DNA of 63,924 nucleotides, the filler included, from Aduncisulcus paluster (Eukaryota), in the NCBI GenBank assembly GCA_024181965.1. It is 9 parts of 9 records of this genome, joined end to end, with 100 filler letters (N's around TTAATTAATTAA, not from the genome) between each part and the next. Parts side by side here need not be neighbours in the genome. Positions count along the whole stretch, not along the records: positions 1 to 11,861 come from BQXS01000018.1; positions 11,962 to 22,473 come from BQXS01000020.1; 7 more parts are not named here. One strand, given 5' to 3'. The stretch's first letter is position 1, and every line of letters starts with the position of its first letter. This document shows, piece by piece, positions 1 through 12,566 of this stretch. The notes beneath the pieces were generated by a model, which saw only the letters and a list, made by a program, of their open reading frames with translations, was not told the DNA's origin and made no database searches. Position numbers and translations under genes: made by a program.

Positions 1-2813
1 GGAAGTGCCATTCAAATCTATGTTTAGGTCTTATGAATTCATACTTCTTGGATGTCTTCTTACCATCACAATCAGTGAAAGTGAAGCGAAGAGAGGGTGA
101 ACTGGAATCCTTCTCCACACAGATATAAGCACCTTTCATTGGACTAGGTGATGGAAAAGGGATGGAAAGATGGGATAATTCCACCCTACCTTCACATTTT
201 AACATTTTTTGAACTTCTTCACTTCGGTCATACTCCTTAGATTCCTGACAATACAAATCATGCTTTCCCTTGACCATCTCAAAAGAAGGATTATTAACGG
301 CTGCATTATCACGTGGAATGGGGATGGCAGATGCATCGCCAGAATTCACAAACTCTGATTTAATGGTGGGCTACATATCATTTTTGAAAAAGAGATATAT
401 AATGGTATTAGAAACAAATCGAGAGATAATATTGTAAAACAAGATTAGCGTGAATCGTATCAAATAATAAAACAAAGAAATATGAAAATATTAAACCAAT
501 AAAATATAATGAACATACAGCTTTAGACCATTGTTCCTCAATGGATTCTCGAATACAACGTTCTTCAGGGGTTTCTTCTCGAAGGAATTCGAGAGAGTCG
601 ATGTTGAAATCTCGACTATTCTCCTCAACCCACTTTCCTTTCCCTTCAATCTCACACAATACAACATTATCTAAATCAATAGGAAGGAAGTGCCATTCAA
701 ATCTATGTTCAGATCTTGTGAATTCATACTTCTTGTATGTCTTCTTACCATCACAATCAGTGAAAGTGAAGAGAAGAAAGGGTGAACTCCAAAACTTATC
801 CACACAGATATAAGCTCCTTTCATTGGACTAGGTGATGGGAAAGGGATGGAAAGATGGGATAAGGATACACCACCTTCCCCTTTTAACATTTTTTGTGCT
901 TCTGAACTCGTATCATACTCCTCAGATTCCTTACTCACCGAATCATTCTTGCACTTAACCATTGAGAATGAAAGCTTAACAATTGAAAACAAAGGGTCCT
1001 CAAGCTCTGGATTATCATGTACAATGCGAATAGAACTCCATCCTTCCTTCACAAACTCTGGTTTCACAACTGGAGCTTCAGACCATAGTTTCTCTCTGGC
1101 TTCACAAGATTTGATTTCTTCAGGAGTTTCTTCTCTACTAATGAAAACAATGGATTCGATTCCAAAACCAAAGCACTCTTCCTCTCTTCCTTCCCCTGTA
1201 ATCTCACAAAGAACAATATCAAGGAGATCAACAGGAAGGAAATGCCAATGATAGCCTTCAACTTCAGGAAACTCGTATATTTTGGATGTTTTCTCACCCT
1301 TTGAAGATATGAGAGTGAAGATAAGGTGTGATGGAGGTGAAGGATTGCTTGAAACACCACGTAGACAGATATAAGCCCCTTTCATTGGGGAAGATGAGGA
1401 AAAAGGAATGGATATATCGGTAAAATATCCTATATTACACTCTCCTTTCATCATCATTTGTGCTTCAGAACTTTGATCGTACTCTTCATCATATTTTTCC
1501 TTGGTTCCATCTATTGCTTCGATAGTTGGAAGCTCTGCACTCTTAATATTGGGGGAATCTCGAGGAATTGGACAGCATTTATAATTTCCTTTGTGAATAA
1601 ACTCAGGTTGCACAGTTTGAATAACAGCATCTGTGGACGAACTCATGTGACAAGTGTCTTCTTCTTCTTCTTTCACAGGTTTTGATGGCAAAGATAAAGT
1701 TGATGTGGGTGTCTTGGAGGAACTGAAAGGAACAGGAACATGAGTAAGAAGAGGAGGAGAGGTAGGAATATCATCACCTCGAAGGAAAACAAGTGAGTAG
1801 ATCCAGAAATATCGACTATTCTTCATATCCCACGTTCTTTTCCCTTCAATCTCACACAATACAACATTATCCAAATCAATAGGAAGGAAGAGCCATTCAT
1901 ACCAATGTTTAGGTCTTGTGAATTCATACTTCTTGAATGTCTTCTTACCATCACAATCAGTGAAAGTGAAGAGAAGAGAGGGTGAACTATCATTCTTATC
2001 CACACATATATAAGCACCTTTCATTGGACTAGGTGATGGAAAAGGGATGGAAAGATGGGATAAGTGTACAATACCTTCCCCTTTTAACATTTTTTGTGCT
2101 CTTGAACTCTGATCATAATACTTAGATTCCTTACTCTTCGAATCATCCTTGCACTTAACCATTGAGAATGAAGGATCAACAAGCTTTGGATCATCACGTG
2201 GAATGGGAATAGAATCTCTACCAAAAGATTCTTCATCTCCTTCCTTAACAAACTCTGGATTCACAACTGGAGCTTCAGACCAAAGTTTCTCTCTGGCTTC
2301 ACGAGATGTTATTTCTTCAGGAGTTTCTTCTCTACTAATGAAAATGAGAGATTTAATTTCGAAACACTCTTTCCATCTTCTTTTACCTGTAATCTCACAC
2401 AGAACAACATCAGAGAGATCAATAGGGAGAAAGAACCAGCTTGTTTTTTCTAATTCAGGAAATTCATATTTTTTAACCATTTTCTCCCCCTTTGAAGATG
2501 TGAGAGAGAAGATAAGGTATAAGGGTGGATAGGTAAATCGGGTATATTCTCCAATGCAAATATAAGCGCCTTTAATGGGAGTAGATGTGGAGAAAGGAAG
2601 GGAGATTTCTGTAAATTTTCCCCAATAATGCTCTCCTTTCATCATCTTTTGTGCATTAGAACTCTGATCATATTCTTCATCGCCTTTTCCCTTGGTCCTA
2701 TTCTTGGCTTCGATAGCAGTTATATCAGGACTCCTAACATTCGGGGCATCTCGAGGAATTGGAGAGCTAGATAAATAACCTTCATGAATAAATTCTGGTT
2801 CAATGAGTTGAAT
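1..2813 (-). CDS. 'MKGAYIC' repeat-domain family protein, domain order A-B-A-B-B; runs off the window start
   Basis: The ORF 408-2645 extends in frame up to an acceptor at 2814 (TTAG|IQLIEPEF). A GTATGT..TAG intron at 518-371 joins WSKA|PTIKSEFV, matching WSEAPVVKPEFV in the other repeats, and exon 370-1 encodes a fifth domain. A possible first exon lies at 2930-2862 (GTGTGT donor, uncertain). Confidence 0.85.
371..518 (-). other. Spliceosomal intron (148 nt)
   Basis: GTATGT donor at 518, TAG acceptor at 371, AT-rich; removal restores the repeat-domain alignment. Confidence 0.85.
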
Positions 2814-3037
2814 CTAACAAATTAATTGAGAATTTAGTGGAAATAAAGCAATAAAACACACCCGAAAGAGAAAAGGAGTTATGAAAACAATATGGGCATT
2901 ATTTTTCAAATTAATTATATCAAACATCATAAAATGTATAAATTCGAAAACTTTCAGAAACATACAAAATATTGGCTACGTTTTGAGCTTGATTTTGGAT
3001 GCTCGCGGGAAAATATTGACATTATGTTCTAAAATAT

Positions 3038-3813
3038 GTATGATGAGAACACGAACGATAATAAAAATAATATGATAATTTTAACAAAGAATGCCACCAC
3101 AATCATCGAACATGAAGTGAGTTTCAAGGAGAAAATGACGACAAGAATAAAAAAGAACAGCCAGCGGGAGAACCAGTGAATAAAACAGGGTGATTATGGA
3201 TTGACAAGAAGTTAATATCTAACTAACGAAAAATTATGACATACAATATTTTCAATATTTCTTTTACAACGGGAAGAAATGAAGTTTTAGAATTCAAAAC
3301 TCTGTATAATAACAATGCAAGATGACATTGCAGAATATATCGATTAAAAAATATAAATGGTTTCTTTCTAACATATATTGGATACCAGTCTTGTCATTCC
3401 ACTCCTGACACAAAANNNNNNNNNNNNNNNNNNNNGTATGATGAGAACACGAACGATAATAAAAATAATATGATAATTTTAACAAAGAATGCCACCACAA
3501 TCATCGAACATGAAGTGAGTTTCAAGGAGAAAATGACGACAAGAATAAAAAAGAACAGCCAGCGGGAGAACCAGTGAATAAAAAAGGGTGATTATGGATT
3601 GACAAGAAGTTAATATCTAACTAACGAAAAATTATGACATACAATATTTTCAATATTTCTTTTACAACGGGAAGAAATGAAGTTTTAGAATTCAAAACTC
3701 TGTATAATAACAATGCAAGATGACATTGCAGAATATATCGATTAAAAAATATAAATGGTTTCTTTCTAACATATATTGGATACCAGTCTTGTCATTCCAC
3801 TCCTGACACAAAA
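3038..3813. repeat. 378-bp duplication flanking a 20-N gap (likely unmerged overlap or two alleles)
   Basis: 3038-3415 matches 3436-3813; I saw one substitution (TAAAACAGGG vs TAAAAAAGGG). Confidence 0.85.
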
Positions 3814-3943
3814 TCGTTTCCTAAGTCCCGAGATTTGTTCACATATTGCATTGTAAAGTTTTATTATATGATGATGAGTTGTGGTTGTAATCTGTGAATG
3901 TCATGGACTTACTGATAGACAACATTTTAGCAATAGATATATT

Positions 3944-6256
3944 TTATTCCATCACTTTCATTCCAAATTTTTCATCAAAGTCGACATATTGTTTTAATTC
4001 ATCGGAACTGACAGAAGGACGCACGATTGCCAAAGATCTCTCGAAATCTTTTGCACAAACACGCCTAACATCACCACTGGTTCCATTTCTGACCTCCTGT
4101 TCTGACGCACAATCCCTTATAAACTCTCTGACAGGTGCCAAAGACGCCTCTCTCAACAGCACTGAAAGATCAGACCCCGAGTAACCATCAGTCTTCTCCA
4201 CAATGTGCTCAATCTCATCCGATGTTAAGCTATGATCTATCTTTTCACGGTACAATGAACTCAAAATGAGGTATTTCCTCGCTGGAGCATCTGGCAACGG
4301 GATATAAAACCTTCCAGCTAATCTGCGTCTTGCTGCCTCGTCGATCCAATCTGGTCTATTCGTAGCACCAACAAGAATAACCAAAGGATTCTCTGGCATT
4401 TCTCTCTTACACCTGCTTGTTTTCTTCCCATGATGACTATCACCAACACCACCTTCCTCCTCTTCCTCCTCGTCATCTTCCTCATCTTTTCCATAGTAAC
4501 GAGGAGTACTCCTTGAAAGAACACTCGAAACAGGGCTTGAAGCAGGCTCAGAGATGGGAAGAAGAAGAGGAAGAAGAGGAAGAGGAAGAGGAACCTGTGA
4601 CTACTCCATCAAGTTGTACAAGGAACTCGGTTTTCATTCGTAATAAATGGTCTTCGCTATCACTTCGCTTTGTAAGCAATGAATCTATTTCATCAAGGAA
4701 TATAACAGATGGAGCACAGTACCTAGCAATACTAAACAAAGCCTTAACCATAGCTTCCCCTTCTCCAATCCATTTGGAAGTCAGGGAAGACGCAGAGAGA
4801 GAGAAAAATGTAGCATTGACTTGACTGGCAATCGCTTTACCAATAAGGGTTTTCCCTGTACCAGGTGGCCCAAATAATAGAATACCCCGCGGANNNNNNN
4901 NNNNNNNNNNNNNCAGTACCTAGCAATACTAAACAAAGCCTTAACCATAGCTTCCCCTTCTCCAATCCATTTGGAAGTCAGGGAAGACGCAGAGAGAGAG
5001 AAAAATGTAGCATTGACTTGACTGGCAATCGCTTTACCAATAAGGGTTTTCCCTGTACCAGGTGGCCCAAATAATAGAATACCCCGCGGAGGAGCACGCA
5101 TCCCTGTGAAAAGTAAAGGATTCTGGAGAGGCCACACAACGCATTCCTTGATAGCCTTCTTGACTGGTTCAAGACCGGCAATGTCATCCCACTGCACTGA
5201 TACAGAACCCTGGACTATTGTAGACTCTACCCGAGTGATTAATGAGGACTCAAGATGCTCCAGACCTGGATACTTTGTGTTCTTCTCTTTATCTTCATCA
5301 TCCTCTTCTTCTCTGGAGCCAGAACCACCTCTATCTGGACTTCCGTGCCTATCATGTCGTCTTCGTCTCTCCCTTCGTCTCCTCTCTTTCTCTTTCTCCC
5401 TCGATCTGCGCTTCTCTTCTTGCTCTTCTTCTTCTAACTCTTCTTGCTCCTCTCTCACGCGATCCTGTTCATCCTCATCGAGTAAGTTAAAGCTACTTTT
5501 GAGAACGTCAGTCCTACGATATGATTTGGCTTCCTCCGCTCTTTTTTGCTTCTCCTGGCGTCTTCTTGCTCGTGCATCAGACGGACTTTGTGGAGACTGT
5601 GAGCCTCCGAATATATCAAACGATTGGCCTTCCACATCCCATTTTTTCCTTGTCGAACTCCATTGGTCTTGAGCTGCGGAAGAAGAGGAAGATAGGGATG
5701 TACTATTCGATTTAGATGGTATTGTTTGTGTTTGTTTGGTCGATAACGTTGGAGATAATTGTTTTTGAAAAGAAGAAGCCTGTATTTTCATCATCATTAA
5801 TTCTCTCTGTTGTATCTGGAGATCTTGTTGTTGTTTTTCTATAATATGTTTTTGTTCTTTTATGTGTTGCTCTAGTTTCGCCAAATCTTGGACAGAAACT
5901 TCAGGATCTTTAGGAATTGGCTTGAGGATAGGTCCATCAATATAATATCCATTTGAATCCATCGAGTGGAGAGATGAATCTTCTATATGCAATTTAATGT
6001 CTTTTGGAAGCATTCCATCCCCAGCACTGCCAAGGACAGCAGCCAAAGAAGGATTATCCTGCCCGACAACAAATTCAGCTATTCTAAAGACATAAAAAAG
6101 ATATTAGATTTCATTATTTCGTAATATGCGGAATATTATGAATGAAAAAATGTCGACATACCTTAATAAATCAAAGGAATCAGGTGATCCTTGAGCAAAA
6201 GCATCTAACTCGATTGAGTATAAATCTGACAAAAATTGAAGCTTATCGTGGAACAT
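3944..6256 (-). CDS. FIGNL1: Fidgetin-like AAA+ ATPase (meiotic clade), broken in the assembly
   Basis: Motifs [19 protein letters not shown] (Walker A), [22 protein letters not shown] (Walker B) and [16 protein letters not shown]. Exon 1 is 6256-6162 (MFHDKLQ...), with a GTATGT intron at 6161-6084. A duplication (4717-4893 = 4914-5090) flanks an N gap, and there is a frameshift in the poly-Ser tract near 4560. Confidence 0.8.
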
Positions 6257-6422
6257 ATTGCAAGTGTAAAAATGGAGACAGTCCTTTAAAGAACTGTCAA
6301 AGCTCTTCCACCAAAGAAAAAGGGGTTATAAAATATTCCAGCGATCAAGATATTTTTAAAGATTTATTTGTTGTGTTTCGGTTCGGTATATCGTTTCTTT
6401 GATTAATATATATTGATTAAAA

Positions 6423-7081
6423 TCACCAAGGTTCACCACTATCACTTCTCTCATCCATTTTCATCTGTTCAATCTTTTCATCATCAATAGCTCCTGCCAA
6501 GACAAAAGCTGCTTCAGCGGCCTCCATTGACACTGCATCACCACCTCCCATATCTTCAAAACCAAGGAATTTATGTTTCACGGTTCCATGGACGAAGAAA
6601 ACAACAGCTGGCAACACTCTGAGGCTTAACTTTGTAACGAAGAAAGGAGCTTTAACAGCATCTATACGTATGAATTTGGTCTCTGGGTGCTTTCTGGCAA
6701 GAGGAGCAAGAACATCATCCATCATCTTACATTTGGCAAACTCAGGATGGAAAAAGTGACACAAGCACCTCTCGGGATCAGAAACTGTTTTAATAAAAGC
6801 CTTTTCAACAATTGTATGTATCTCTCCTCGTCCTTCTTCTACACGGCGCATATCTTCTTGTATTCTGTAAAAAGAAAGGAATTTCAAGATGAAAGGGAAG
6901 GGAAAATAATTATAATTAAATGTAAAACGGAAAAAACTTCGAAAAAATATAAAATAATCGTAAATACTAGTGTAATCATGGATTATACATACTTTTTATG
7001 AATTTCAGCTCTACGTGCAGCTTCGAATCCTCCAAAATCGTCATCAGCCAAGAAATCATCAAAACTATCCGATTCTGACAT
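6423..7081 (-). CDS. TXNDC9: Phosducin-like protein 3 / thioredoxin domain-containing 9
   Basis: Motif CHFFHPEFAKCKMMD..LARKHPETKFIRIDAVKAPFFVTKL.LRVLP. Exon 1 (7081-6993, MSESDSFDDFL...) joins in frame across a GTATGT..CAG intron at 6992-6865. Confidence 0.85.
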
Positions 7082-7348
7082 TAGGTTTCGTACAATGATA
7101 ACAAAGAAGCGTAATTAAAAAAATGAAATTCTTGCGGGGTTGTCCTAATGTCAAGAATAATGAAAAATATTCGAATGATATTTTTATTTTAAGATAAAAT
7201 TAAATATTATGAAGTAAAATGCTCATATTATATTTATTTAAAGCGTGGAATAGGAGTTAATTTCAAAGGATGAAAAAATTTGCCGATTTGTCAACAATAA
7301 GATTAAAATTCCATAAAGCAGTGCATAAATTGTTGTATAAACATAGCT

Positions 7349-10300
7349 ATGGTTCAAATTAAAATATGCATTGATAATTTATGGATTCCAAATACATCCT
7401 ATCAAGATATTCTTAAAAAACTCGGTGAAGTAGAAGTTAATGAGAAATCAAAGGTTGTTAAAGCTGATCCATCTCATATAGCATATATTGTAAAAATGTT
7501 TGATGTCATAGAAATCTCAGATCCTACCCCCATCGAGACATTGATCTATCATGATCGTCCGAGTCGCCAATACCCTCTAAATAAGTCAAAACTATATTCA
7601 CTTCCATCACTTAAACTTGATATTCCCCTTCAACCGGATGGCAAGGCAAACGAATCACTATCGTCTCTTGCTCATGTTTATGTCGTAGCTCTATCTCCTT
7701 CGCTCCACTCGTCGTTGTCCGGTGACTCCAAGGCACTTGCGGCTGCAATTACAAGTTTAGAGCCAGTAGAATTCGCTGGTGGATGCATAATTTGTGGTCA
7801 TGACTCAACTCGTTCTTCATGCACTCAAATCACATTGTTACCCGAATCTACCGACAAATTGGGGTTCCATGGGAGTTATACCATCTCATTTTTCCCCGAA
7901 TCTCCGTTAATTTCGAAGGATACTCTGTCGGATCTTTTCCCAGTAATTGTTGAGCTCACTGGCGTCGAAAACCTTCCAATTCCACAGACAAGAGAGAATA
8001 GGGTCAAAGATATGATCAAAAGTGTCAAGACATTTATTAATTATTTTGGCAAAACCTACAGTGGTGATGAAATACCAATAGAAAAGCTTCTCAGCATGCA
8101 ATCCTATGATTTATCTGTAACATCCGAGAATTTGTCAGAAGAAGAAGAAGAGGAAGAAGAAGAGGAAGAGAAAGAGGAAGAAGAGGAGAAAGAGAAAGAA
8201 GAGTTTGCAGGAGAAGAACAACAAGAAGAAGAAGACAAGGATAAGAGTTTCAACATATCCCAGACAATTGCTAAAGATTTTGGCACTACTTCCACAAGTG
8301 GTGCATATTCTACACTAGGAATGCTAGGAATGACGACTAGTACAAGAACAATGACTAGTACAAGAACAATGACTAGTACAAGAACAATGACTAGTACAAG
8401 AACAATGACTAGTACAAGAACAATGACTAGTACAAGAACAATGACTAACCCAAAGCTTTCAATGACAAAATCAGAGTGGTTTGAAAGATCCATGAAGAGA
8501 GAGCAAAAGAAAAGGAGAATGAGAGAAGAGAAAGAGAAGAGAGAACTCCTCAGAGGTACAGGTAAAGGTAAAATAGAATCATCACGAGCCAAGAAAGGTG
8601 GCTGTAAATCTTCAAAGCCTGTAATCCCTGCATTTTCCCCTAGGCTAACGTGTGTTTTCACACCAGGTAGTGATTCACGTTCCAGCGTATCCCATTTGCT
8701 CTGCACTTCACCGTTAACTGTGATGTTACAAGTAACTACCCGTGACGGTGGTGTCTCTGTCTATTCTGCGGTCACAACACTCTCTCAGCTGACTACAGGT
8801 GTCAGAAGGGTTGAAGAGGAGCTTGCAATGCGTATTGGAGGAGATGTGAGTTCATTGGAAACACAAGAAAGTGATAGAGAAGGAAGCAAAGGTAATGAAG
8901 GTGGGAAAAAGAAAGGAAATGATTCTTCAGGAAAGCCCTCAAAGAAATCTTCGAGTAGTGAGCAAAAGACAGACGATGAAGAAGAGAATGATGATGGAGT
9001 GAAACCAAAGAAGAAGTCAATGTTTTCTCTTAAATCTGCATTCTCTGCAGTCAAACGCTCTAGAAAAGTTAATTTCAACCCTTCATTACATACATACACT
9101 GATTCTACTCAGGATTTCTCCTCTATCTCTTCTTATACACCTGCTCCTCCTCCTCTCCTTCTTTTCTCCTGCACTTCATCCAGTTCTTCTTCCTCAGTCT
9201 CTCCCTCTTCCCCTCCCTCTTCCCCTCCCTCTTCCTCTCCCTCTTCTGGTCCAGGTCCCAAGATGTCTGCCCTCTCGGCTCCTTCCTCTCTCGAGTCTGA
9301 CCTTTGTATCAACCTTCGAGGCTGCCTTGGATTATCTCTCAAGGAAATATCAGTTCCCAGTGGTGCTATCAATGATGATGAGACCAATGGAGATGATACC
9401 GATGGCGTTAAAGGGAAAGATAAGAAGAAAGGACAAGGAAAAGATACTGCTTCAAAAACAAAGGGAGGTGCCACGAAAGGGGCTGATAAGAAAGAGAGAA
9501 GTTCTGATGGTCTCAATGATGATCGATCTGGACAAGAAGATCCACATGCATCATCCGCTTCTTTCACTCGTCTCGTGTTATCTCTATCTCCATACACTGA
9601 GACTGAGGATATTCGAAGAGTATACGTGGCCATAATAAGAGAAAACAGACGTGTTGTCGCTGAGGTAGAGAAGTCTGATGGTTCTGACACTGCTCTGTCA
9701 AATAATGGTACTGCTAAAAAGGGTAACAAATCAACAAGCAAGCAGGGTGCAGATAAAAAGAAACAAACTACTTCTGCAAGTGGTAGCAAAGGATCTTCTG
9801 GTAGTGGCATTAATAATACTTCAGATGAGAAAGATGAGGTAGAGTTGGAAGCTGAAGCTCAAGAGCGGCAGAGACGAGCTAATTTGGCAAAAGATCAGCG
9901 TTTGATAGATGATACTGACTATTTCGAGAATGAATACCGTCGTTTATCCCTCATATCTTTCTCAGAATCCTATTTATATAAACAGAATGCTATCTCTGGG
10001 TATCATATCATGTTTTACATGACAGGTCATTTGATTGTCTTGGAAGGTCCCTCGTCTCTCATGCTCAGACTTCATAAGGAGCTATCAAGTGTTCTTCGTT
10101 GCCTTGGGGATTGTGTATATCCAGACGATGCTATAAGCTCTGCTGTCCTTGTATCAGCTGATGTATCTGTTCCTCGCAGAGAAATGTACATCTCTTCCTC
10201 TTCTTCCTCTTCTTCCCCTTCTTCCTCTTCCTCCTCTTCTTCCCCAATTATGTTAATACCAGTGCAAGTCAGACCTGTAGTGCCTCGACTAAGGAAGCTT

Positions 10301-11861
10301 GAATTGATTGGCAGTGAGTACTTTACTGTGACAAAACAATCTTATATTGGTGGTTCAGATGCTAGAAAGAATGGAGCTGGAGGTGTTGGGTCTCAATACC
10401 CCAATGGAAAGTACATTGGCAAAGATGGTCAGAGGAAACCGACCGAACAGGATGAAATCCATGAACAGCGTGAAAAAGAAGTCAAACTGCTTGAAGATAT
10501 TCATAAAATGTTCCATTCATTCACTTCTCTTCCGTATCTCTTTACTTCTTCAGTTGTTATGGCTCCCTCCCTTGACCTTCCTTCTGTATCTGCTTCAGTA
10601 TCGTCAACAACGGGTTCAACAACGGGTTCAACTTCGTCATTTGATGGGTCTCAGAGCAAAGTTAGAGATAAAAAAGAAAAATCAAAAGGCCAAGAGGAAG
10701 AAAGAGAAGATGAAGCGTCTCAATCGTCACAAAGGAGAAGGTTAAGTGTCATTCCGACCTCTCTGATTGTCTCTGGTCTTAACAAACTCTCCTTCTTGTA
10801 CTCTGCTTTCCCTTCTCTCTCCTCTTCCTTGCCTCTTGCATCTCTAATACCCCTCTTACCAACAATGAAAGAGTCCCTTGGGATGTGCATCCTTAACAGT
10901 GGCAGTGAACAACGTTGGGATAGCGGTCAAGGACAAGAACAGAGTTTACGACTCCGTGAAAGATGCTTAAGTCGAACAATGCACGAAATTGATGAAGAAA
11001 CTCGAATGGAGCAGAAAGGAACTGGCAGTATCCAACAATTGGTTGAATCTTTGCCCTTTGAAGAGCAAGATAAACTTGAAAAGATCACCATTCAAACCGC
11101 CAAGCTCCATGCGACTATCCCTTCCCACTATGCTGAGGAAGAGAGGCTCAAAGAATGGGACAACCCTATTTACGAGCGTTTGTTGCGCATTAGAAAGAAC
11201 CAGGGTGTGTGTAAGGATTATACTGCTGAGAACATCGATTGCGTGCAAGTTGTTCAGGCTGCTGGGAGGGAAAAGAAGATAAAAGTCGACTTAGAAACAC
11301 TGGACACCCCTTACATATTCCAGGCATCGAGAGGTGTCGATAAGAGGAAAAGTGGACAGATTGACGCTTTAAGAAGTTGTTCTGAAGGAAAGAAGGAAGG
11401 GCAGTTGGGGGATTCTACTGGTGCTGGTGCAATGTCTATGTCTGGAACGTTGTCTGGAACGTTGTCTGGAACGTTATCTGGAACGTTTTCTGGAACGTTA
11501 TCTGGGACCATTGCTGACCGAGTCCGTCAACAGCCGAAGTGTTATTCCATCTCTTCGTCCTCGCAACAAGAACACCCTCTCGAACGTCCATATGAGGAAG
11601 CCTTCCCGTACTCGCACCGGACAAGGTTCTCACGTCCCAATTCCTTTGAGAAGGAGCACTGTTATAGTCAAAGGCTTGAGATTGTGCATGATGGGACCGT
11701 GTCGATGGTTCCAAAGCCACGAGAGTTGACTGGACGCCTTTCTGGAGGCACTCGTTCCATAGGGTATGAGAAGGAAATGGACAGGGCATTCGTGGATCAA
11801 GCGAAAGAAACTCAAAAGATCTTTTTCCCAAAGCAGCCGATTCCACAGATGCGATTGTATC
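7349..11861 (+). CDS. Large low-complexity hypothetical protein, 3' truncated at contig end
   Basis: Open frame of ~1500 codons with poly-E, poly-S and K-rich tracts; no family recognised. Confidence 0.75.
8335..8447 (+). repeat. 18-bp coding tandem repeat, 6 copies plus a partial (TSTRTM)
   Basis: GACTAGTACAAGAACAAT repeated exactly. Confidence 0.95.
11441..11508 (+). repeat. 12-bp coding tandem repeat, ~5.5 copies (SGTL/F)
   Basis: TCTGGAACGTTN units. Confidence 0.9.
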
Positions 11862-11961
11862 NNNNNNNNNNNNNNNNNNNNNNNNNNNNNNNNNNNNNNN
11901 NNNNNTTAATTAATTAANNNNNNNNNNNNNNNNNNNNNNNNNNNNNNNNNNNNNNNNNNNN
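11862..11961. other. Artificial contig linker N44-TTAATTAATTAA-N44
   Basis: The 12-mer gives stops in all six frames. Identical linkers lie at 22474-22573, 35171-35270, 38467-38566, 42168-42267, 45616-45715, 58799-58898 and 61758-61857. Confidence 0.97.
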
Positions 11962-12312
11962 TTAACCCATGAGAAATTCAGCCACCCACAGCTGACAGAC
12001 AGTGAGATCTTCTGTTCCCTTGAGACGATTGAAGGTGGGAAATACAATGCCGTGTATCAAGTGTTTCTTGCCGTGTTCGATGGTCTGTTGAACCCTGACC
12101 GTCTGAAACGAATGACGATCCACCAAGCCCGCTCTCTGACGAATGATATCAAATATTTACTGCCGCGTCTTGGAGAAGGGTGGGAATGTCCATCCATCGA
12201 GGAGTACATTGCCCGTCAGCTTGAAGAGTATGATGGGTGTACAGGGACAATCCATAGCAGTAGCAGTAGCAGTAGCAGTAGCAGTAGCAGTAGCAGTAGC
12301 CGTGTGAAATAA
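11962..12312 (+). CDS. 3' fragment, probably the C-lobe end and tail of a lineage-expanded protein kinase
   Basis: Open from the contig start; GLLNPDRLKRMTIHQA resembles kinase subdomain XI (L..DP.KR.T..EA). It ends in a (TAGCAG)n poly-Ser tract. Confidence 0.5.
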   Translation, partial: LTHEKFSHPQLTDSEIFCSLETIEGGKYNAVYQVFLAVFDGLLNPDRLKRMTIHQARSLTNDIKYLLPRLGEGWECPSIEEYIARQLEEYDGCTGTIHSSSSSSSSSSSSSSSRVK

Positions 12313-12566
12313 GGAGTTGATAAAGATGTGCTCTAGTTGGTGAAGTGTAATCTCCCAGCTCTCACGGTGCCACCGTCAGTGGATTCCATTGGAATTGGAA
12401 AATGGAGGTAATTTATTGAATAAACCCCCCTTCGGTTTATTGTCATTTCGCAAACGAAGCTTCTAATGTTCTTGTCACTTCATCTGAAAGGATTCCAAGA
12501 ACTGGATATAGGTACAATACTGAGGTCCTTCTAGGAGGTCGTTCTTCAGGGGAGAATAAAATAATT

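Noticed and set aside
408-518. Hydrophobic C-terminus (apparent TM anchor) of the 745-aa ORF
   Set aside because: It is read-through into an AT-rich intron; the spliced protein continues into another repeat domain.
3038-3813. LTR-like direct repeats (also 4717-5090 and 48711-49350)
   Set aside because: The copies abut a 20-N scaffold gap and include gene fragments, which is typical of unmerged contig overlaps.
8335-8447. Regular short repeats as a CRISPR array
   Set aside because: There are no spacers; it is an in-frame coding minisatellite in a eukaryotic gene.
11862-11961. Recurrent TTAATTAATTAA palindrome as a biological element
   Set aside because: It is always centred in exactly 44+44 Ns, so it is a synthetic six-frame-stop linker. 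Gene neighbourhoods across these linkers are meaningless.
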